From contig OX597817.1 of the NCBI GenBank assembly GCA_951406725.2, positions 89,156,001 through 89,220,000 of the forward strand: DNA of 64,000 nucleotides, given 5' to 3'. Shown piece after piece: positions 55,479 to 64,000 of the stretch; position 1 is the first letter of the stretch, and each line of letters opens with the position of its first letter. Source of the DNA: Octopus vulgaris. Lineage: Eukaryota. A program made the position numbers and the translations under genes. The notes under the pieces are model-generated. The model was not told where the DNA came from and made no database searches. It was given only the letters and a program-made list of their open reading frames with translations.

Positions 55479-55981
55479 GCACACACACATACAGCCACAA
55501 GTGCTCACACACACACACACATGTACACACATGCACACACACGCACGCACATATATTCTGTCGTTACTACAACTCCTACTACCCATACTATTGACAATTA
55601 CTTCTACTGGTATTGACCTCAACCACCACTGCAACTATTATCACCACCACCACCACCACCACATCTGCTAGAATCATCATCACCACTAAAGCCACCACAG
55701 TCAGTTCTCTACTACCACCACCATCACCACCACCACCACCACCACCACTACCACCAACCACCACCACCACCACCACCACCTCCACCACCACCACCACCAC
55801 CACCACCACCACCACCACCACCACCACGAACACTACCACTATTGGAAATTCCTATAATTAAGTCAATGACCTGAAGGAGAGTGTCTCAGACATGTGCAAC
55901 TTGCTGCAATCACAGCGGGTGCATCTGTAGTCATGGCACTGATGTGTGGCATAGAAATTGCACAACAGCAGGAGGAGGAGG

Positions 55982-56030
<49 letters not shown>

Positions 56031-57067
56031 ACAACAACAACAACAACAAAAGCGGAATCTTGATATGATAGAATGAAAGAATGAGGGTATAAAAGAATGT
56101 GGAACAGCAGCAGATTGTAGGAATGTAAATTAGTGCATCTGTCTACGACTGTTGCAGTTTGTATATGCGTATGCGTCTGTGTTGGAAGGCAACTAGGACT
56201 GTCAACTACGCTAAGTATGTGTGCATTTGTGAGTGTGCAGCTGTCGACTGTTGCATTGCTCGTGCGTGTGTGCATTTGGGATTGCTGATTTCATTAACGT
56301 GTGTGCATTTGTGCACATGTGCATGATTTTGCATGTGTGTCTGTGTGTACAGCCAAGACTGTTGTTTTGCACGGTTTGTCTGTATCTGTAGCTGTCGACT
56401 GTTGCATCCTCTGTGCGTGTATGTGTGTGCGTGTATATAGCTGTATGTGTATGCACTTAGGGATGCAGTATTATAAACACTCTGTATGTATGCGCATGTA
56501 GACTGTTGTATTGTCTGTCTGTGAGTGTGCAGCTTGATCAGTTGTATTTCGCTTTGTGTGCGTGTGCAACAGTCGGCTGTTGCATTCTGAGTGCATGTAT
56601 GTGTTTATGAGTATATTTGTACATTTATGTATGTGTGTGCAACGCTGAAAATGCTATCGCTTGTGTGTTGCTATGTGTGCTGCTCATGTGCAGCTGTCGA
56701 CTTTTCCATCATTGTTGGAGTATAGATGGCGCTGCTGAATGTTGTATATATATGTATGTGTAGCTGGTACTATTGATTGCACAATGTGTAGAGCGTCGGC
56801 TAATGCATTGTGTGAGCAGCAGTAGATACAACTGTTGTATTATGTCTGCAGCTATCGACTGTTTTGGTGTGTGTGTTTGCGTGTGTGTGTGTTTGCGTGT
56901 GTTTGTGTTTGCGCGTGTGTTTGCGCGCGTGTGTGTATATGTATGTGTGTGTGCGTGTGTATGTGTGCGTGTTTGTGTCTGTGTGTGTACAGGTCAGGTT
57001 CCACCGGTGTCTTGTGTGTTTATGTATCTGTGCTTTTTTCTATGCGTGTCGGCGTGTGTGTGTCTTG

Positions 57068-57109
<42 letters not shown>

Positions 57110-57660
57110 TGTACGAGTGTGTGTGTGTATGTGTGTGTCTGCATCTGTACGCGTGTGTGTGCTAGTGTCTGTATGTGTTTGTGTGTGTGTATGTAAGCGA
57201 GTGTGTATCCTCGCGCATGAATATATGCGCGCGCGCGCGTACAACGAAGGATTTCGATGTATTTTGTGTGCAGCTAATGTTAAATAGTTTGTGTGTATGT
57301 ATGCGTGTGTTTATGTTTATGTGTGTGTGAGTGTGTATGCGCGTGTGTGTATGTTTGTTTGTGTGCGTGTGTGCGCTTATGAGCATGTATGTTTGTGTGT
57401 GTGTGTATGTTTATGGATGTTCGATAGCTTGTGTGTCTATGTGTGTGTGAGTGTATGTGTCTATGCGGTGTGTATGCGTGTATTTGCGTATGTGTGTGTG
57501 TGTGTGTGCTTCTGTATGTGTGTATGTTTGCGTGTGTGCAACAAATCACTTGGACGTCTTCTGTCTACTGAAGAATGTTAAATAGATTGCGTGTGTGTGA
57601 GTGTACGTGTGTGTGTGTGTGCCTGTGTGTATGTGTGCGTGTGGGTGGGTGTGTGCCTGT

Positions 57661-57714
<54 letters not shown>

Positions 57715-59034
57715 GTGCCTGTGTGTATGTGTGTGTCTGTGTGTGTGTGTGCGTGTGGGTGTGTGTGTGTGTGTGCCTGTGTGTATGTGTGCGTATGTAT
57801 GTGCACTCATGAATATATGCGTGCGTGTGTGCGGATATGTATGTATATGTGGATGTGTGTGTATATGACTGCTTCTAAGGAATTTCGGCGTCTTGTGTTC
57901 GTGTGTTCAAAGATGTTCGATATCTCGTGCGTGAGTGCATGTGTACATGTGCACGTGTAACTGTCTCCCTCTCTCTCTCTGTATGAGTATGTGGTTCTAT
58001 GAACGCGTGTGCGTACATGTATCTGTTAATGTGTATGTGTGCGTGCGAGCGCAGCTAGTACTGTGACATTCTGTTTCCTGCTACGTCCGTTACATAATGC
58101 ATGTAGCTATGACATGGATATTGCGTGTACGAATGTGTGTCTATGTGTGTGAGTGTATGTGTCTATGCGGTGTGTGTGCGTGTGTTTGCGTTTGTGTGTA
58201 TGTGTGTGTGCCTATGGATGTTCAATATCTTGTACGTAAGCGTGAGCATAACGATGTGTATGTGTGTGTGTTTATGCATATGTGCGTATGTGTTTATGTA
58301 TGTGTGTGTGCATGTGTGTGTATGTGTGTGTGTGTGTTTGTATGCGTAGTGGCAGTGTATATTTGTGTGTGTAATTGTGATATCGGTATGATGTGTGTAG
58401 GTGACAGTTGTAGGATGTGCATGTATATGTATTGTGCTTAGTATATGTGTGCGCTTACGACACTATGAGTATGTGCGCGCGTATATCTGTGTGTACGTAG
58501 CTGTGACAGTGATAATGCGTGTATGTGGGATTAAGGATGTGTATGTGAGTATAGATACTACTGGCAATGTGTTTATTTGTGTACGTGCCTCTGTGCGTGT
58601 GTGCATGTCTGTGTGTGTGTGCGTGCGTGTATCTATCAATGTTGCAGTGTATATGTGCATGTTGTGTATGTGCCTCTGTGTTTGTGTGAGTGTGTGTGTG
58701 TGTGTGCCTTTGTGTATGTGTGTGTGTCTGTGTGTGCCTGCGTTTATATGCGTGTGTGCGAGTGTGTACAGCTATCGATGTTGCAGCGTGTGTGCGTGTG
58801 TGTGTGTGTGTGTGTGTATACAGTTAAGCGTTGATATTTCTGTAAACCTGTCGATTTTTGTATTGCACGTTTTATGAAGACTATGATGTAATACTGTATG
58901 TGCAACAAGGAATATTGAATTCAGTGTGCAGCGAAGAATTTTATTGTATTGAAATATAAGAATGTTTTTTTAAAACAATTTTATGAGTTGAAAACACGAC
59001 TGTGATCTAGTGTAATGATTTTTTATCACGAATG

Positions 59035-59420
59035 TGACGAGCTGGAAGAATCGTTAACACACCGGGCGAAATGCTAGGTTCTGAGTTCAAATTCCACCGT
59101 GGTCGACTTTGCTTTTCATGTTTTCGGGGTCGATAAAATAAGTACCAGTTGAGTACTGGGATCGATGTAATCGATTATCCCTTTCAACAAAAATTTTAGC
59201 CCTTGTGCCTATAGCAGAAAGGATTATTATTATTGGCGAGCTGGCAGAATTGTATGCATGTCGGACGAAATGCTTAGCGGTATTTTGTTTGCCCTTACGT
59301 TCTGAGTTCAAATTCCGCCGAGGTCGACTTTGACTTTCATCCTTTCAGGGTCGATTAAATAAGTACCAGTTACTCTCTGGGTTCGATAAATAAATAAATT
59401 ATTATTATTATTATTATTTA

Positions 59421-59473
<53 letters not shown>

Positions 59474-59709
59474 AGGTTTGAAGGTGAGGAGCTAGCAGAA
59501 GTGTTAGTACGCCGGGCGAGGTGCTTAGCGATATTCCGTCTGTCTCTACATTCTGAGTTCAAATTCCACCGAGGTCGACTTTGCCTTTCATCCTTTCGGG
59601 GTCGATAAATTAAGCACCAGTGAAACACTGGGGTCGATGTCATCGACTCATCCACTCCCCGAAAATGGCTGCCTCTGTGGTAAAATTTGAAACCATTATT
59701 GTTATTATT

Positions 59710-59764
<55 letters not shown>

Positions 59765-59799
59765 CCACCACCACCACCACCACCACCGCCACCACCACC

Positions 59800-59848
<49 letters not shown>

Positions 59849-60292
59849 CTATCTCCACCACCACCAATATATATCTATATGTATGTGTGTGTGTATATGT
59901 TTGTGCTTCTGTGTTTACGGTTGTTGCTGGTGTGTTTACGTCCCCGTAACTTAGCGGTTCGGCAAAAGAAACCGATAGAATAAGTCCTGGGGTCGATTTG
60001 CTCGACTAAAGGCGGTGCTCCAGCATGGCCACAGTCAAATGACTGAAATAAGTAAAAGAGAGTAAAAGAGAGTAAAAGTGAGCGGTGAGCTGGCAGAAAC
60101 GCTTTCGCGCCGGGCTACATGTTTCGCGGTATTTTTTCCGTCTTTATGCTCTGAGTTCAAAACCTGCTGAGGTCTACTTTGCCTTTCATCCTCTCGGGTC
60201 GATAAAATAAATACCAGTTGAACACTAGGGCCTATATAATCGACTTAACCACTCCTTCAAAATTGCAGGGTTTGTGCCAAAATTTGAAATCC
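59035..60292 (+). mobile_element. Head-to-tail SINE cluster with (ATT)n and (ATC)n tails
   Basis: Four gagctggcagaa..gagttcaaattcc..gtcgactttgcc units plus a 19725-family 3' half. Confidence 0.8.
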
Positions 60293-60340
<48 letters not shown>

Positions 60341-60402
60341 GGATCATCATCATCATCATAATCATCATGATGATCATCATCATCATCATGATCATCATCA
60401 TC

Positions 60403-63156
60403 AGAGTGAACTAGTTAAGAGGGCGATGTCAGAGGCAATAATCAACAAGAAATGGTGGATCGCCCTGAAAAGGGCTTTCAAAATAGAATCGATTAAGGTT
60501 AGCAAAGGTCTAGCAGTAGAAAGAAACAGTAGAGGCAGGGCTTGTCAAAAAGTTAGACGAGGATTTTAGAAAAGGCATCGTGACTGACTTGCTCGCAGCG
60601 AGATTAGTAATCGACCAATTCTTAAACGCGAAACAAAAAGGTTGCGTTGTCAGACCTAACGCACGAGCACTTATATATACGAAGTGACGAAAGCCGTTCA
60701 ATGGGCCCGATTGGTAGAGACACGACCTGGCAATAAATCCACGATCCGACATTTACCGGACCACGACGGGCAAATGATAACTGATCGAAGACAAAATGTG
60801 TTCAGCCATTCAGCGACGCTTCGCGCAACTGTTCGGGAGCAGCGGTGAGCCGAGTCGCAGGATGAATTTCAGTCCTACCTAGAAGGACTGCAGCGGCTTT
60901 CGGCGACGGAGGCGGGGCGCTGCGAAAAGCTGATAACAGCCTTAGAAATAGAGGCAATGACTAGCTGCACAAAGATAAATAGCGTGGTTTAGATGGTCTC
61001 CCCTACGGGCTTTACGCTTACATGTCGGACTTGTTCGTTGACTTCTTAGGAAACGTTTACAGCAACTGGTAACAGAATGGGAGAATTTTCAGCTTTGTCA
61101 GCCGAGGAGCGGTGGGTTTGCTGAGAAAAGACCCAAACAAGGAGGAATGTATTGACAACTTTAGGACCATAGCACTGCTGAATACAGAGTTCAAACTTTT
61201 GGTCAAGGTGTTAGCTGGGGCTTGACGTCGGGGATCTGGTAGGGGAGGCACAGACATGTGTCATCCCGAAAAGATCCATCCACGACAACCCTCACCTCCT
61301 GCGATACATCACTGAGGGGCTGGATTGCTGCAATGCACAGCGACATCTGTTCAGTGGTCAGAGTGAGCGGTCACCTCTCAGAGCCGTTCAATATCGTGCG
61401 CTCAGTCCGGCAAGGTTGCCCTCCTCTCGTCTCTCTTGTATGTACTGAATTTCGAGCCACTACTACACAAACTGGTGGCGTTGAGAGGTATCTGTGTGAC
61501 CAAGGATGTGGGAGATGTATGTCGGCATATGCCGACGAATATGCCGACGACGTCACCATTATGGTGTCGGATCACAAACACATAGACATAATCGTCACCG
61601 CTCTCAAGGACTACGAGGCGTTTTCAGGAGCGACGATTAAACAGGAAAAATCAGTGGGCTTGCGGCTCGGCACCTGCAGAAGCAAGTCCATGCTGTTCAA
61701 CTGCGTCGTTGGAAGCTGGACGGACGGACCGGTTAAATTGCTCGGAGTCTGGCTCGGTTCGGACTTCCAGATGGATAAAAACTGGGACGAGGTAACGAGC
61801 AAGGTGACTACTCTCGCTCAGAAACGAACCGAGGGAAAGCTATCCCTGAAAGGTTGGGCAGAGGTGGCTGATGCGTATATCGCGTCCGTCATCTACTATC
61901 GCTTGACGGTTGTGTCTTGTTCTGGCCACCGTCTGATTACTTCGGAGCGTATACTCTTCCGCTTCTTGTGGAAGGGACGCGTCCCAATGGTCAGGTGGTT
62001 TTCTTTTGTCAACACCCACTGAGTGATGACCTGGGCATGCCGTGGTTGATGATGCGCAGATATGCGCTGAGGCCACGACACCTCCAGTGCTTTATTGACA
62101 GTGGTCGTCGTTCGCCAAACGTATTTCCGCAGCTAGTTTCTTTAACGGAGCTGCAGTCTTAGGTAAAACAAAGATCGGGTGGGGAGCATTGGGAAAGTGG
62201 AATGTCTTCAAGCGCTCACAGCCCTCAGCCAATCAGACACTGCGATAGGTGGGACTTCCACTCTAGCTTTTTATAGAGGATTAGTAGACGAAAAATGCAA
62301 CGATGTTCTTATGGCGTCGAAGAAGATCAAACTGGCTGCTCTTTTCCGGAGAACTTTCGGCTCGGGAAAATTTCCAAAAATCTCTGGCCTGGCAATGTTA
62401 CCGGGGAGCTTTGCCTGTTTGAGATAAACTTTACAGGCACAGAAGTACCTTTACAGGCACAGAAGTACCTTTACAGGCACAGAAGCGAGCATGTCCTAGA
62501 TGCGTGCAGGAGACGGTCCTGTGTGCACTCGTCCAGTAGCCGAGCATTGCTGACCTATGAGTTTATGTCGAACAACTGCTGTCGCATGTGGAACGGATCC
62601 GACTGTCAACTGACTCCATTGTGAAGATCACCCCGCTGCCTTCCTTTAAGCGGGAAGGAAAGGCTGTGTTTATATACCTGGTGGCTCTGGCAAAAGAGAT
62701 TGCATGCTGGACGAGATTGAGGGGCTGAAGACAAACACTTTTCACTTCGGCTAATTCATGATCAACTTGAATAAGAAAATAAGAGCAAAGAGAGAAGTGT
62801 TGTCTTCTGGCCAGTTTGCTGAAAGGTAGTTGAAAGTGGCGAGAATGGTGCGAGTGAACGGCCCTGCCCTGAGCATGCCTATAGTTGGAAAAAGGAGGAA
62901 AGAAAAAAAGGCACCTGCCCCAAAGGTCAGGGTACCCATGATTTTTTTATGTGTTTTTTCCATGAGCAGCCCTTGAACTTCTCCCTATCCAAGGCTATAT
63001 ATTGTTGATTTCTTTTTTAAAAAATAATTTTGTTTAGTCACGTTTACACGCAAAACTCACAACACCCACTCACACACATACACATACATCTTTGTGTTGT
63101 CCTGTAGTGTCTATAATGGTTTTCTTAATGTGAACACATGTAATTAATAAAGAAAT
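60403..63156 (+). pseudogene. Tx1/L1-clade LINE ORF2 (reverse transcriptase), 5'-truncated and disrupted
   Basis: GLDGLPY, DNFRTIALLNTEFKLLVKVLA, RSVRQGCP, AYADDVT, VKLLGVW, LSLKG, LFRFLWKG, LGMP; AATAAA at ~63146; part of the RT is deleted near 61310. Confidence 0.9.
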
Positions 63157-63178
63157 CATTATTATTAGTACTTTTATT

Positions 63179-63782
<604 letters not shown>

Positions 63783-63788
63783 GTTATT

Positions 63789-64000
63789 CAGTGAGAGAGC
63801 AGCGCATGACATCAAAGTGGCAATGGGGTACAAAAAAAAGTAGCCCACTATACCCATCATGACTAACCGTCTGATAAGGGTACACCAGGCACATGCATCA
63901 CAACCATATGTGCGCGACATGGTGATCTCATATCAAGATAAACAGCACATGCCCTTGCAGATGGGGTCCAGTTAGAATTTTTTTCAGGTCGAGTAGCCCA
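63789..64000. mobile_element. Second copy of the same MITE (runs off the window)
   Basis: Collinear with 63179-63375. Confidence 0.75.

Noticed and set aside
62429-62485. CRISPR-like short repeats
   Set aside because: Contiguous 20-nt tandem copies without spacers inside a LINE; eukaryotic context with no cas genes.

Overview
Eukaryotic, AT-rich, microsatellite-saturated non-coding DNA. The SINE repertoire resembles the tRNA-derived SINEs described from Octopus, so this is probably cephalopod intronic or intergenic DNA (inference). No intact host gene or convincing exon was found, and nearly all ORF-track entries are translated microsatellites. The window is a mosaic of decayed mobile elements: YRDD-type Penelope-like elements (RT plus GIY-YIG), Tx1/L1-clade LINEs, CR1-like and RTE-like fragments, mariner/Tc1 and piggyBac relics, MITEs, non-autonomous Helitrons and many SINEs. 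Four things stand out. (1) Several distinct type-I hammerhead ribozyme motifs, including a young, non-coding ~560-bp unit in tandem plus inverted arrangement at 30.5-31.8 kb (retrozyme or Penelope pLTR-like). (2) A full-length 2.19-kb Tx1-like element that encodes only ORF1, has a 16-bp TSD and sits between the A and B boxes of a SINE that is itself inside a Penelope endonuclease. (3) Tx1 3' ends inserted in (TATC)n. (4) A retroposed back-to-back tRNA-like hairpin. Repeat boundaries and family assignments were made by eye and are approximate.
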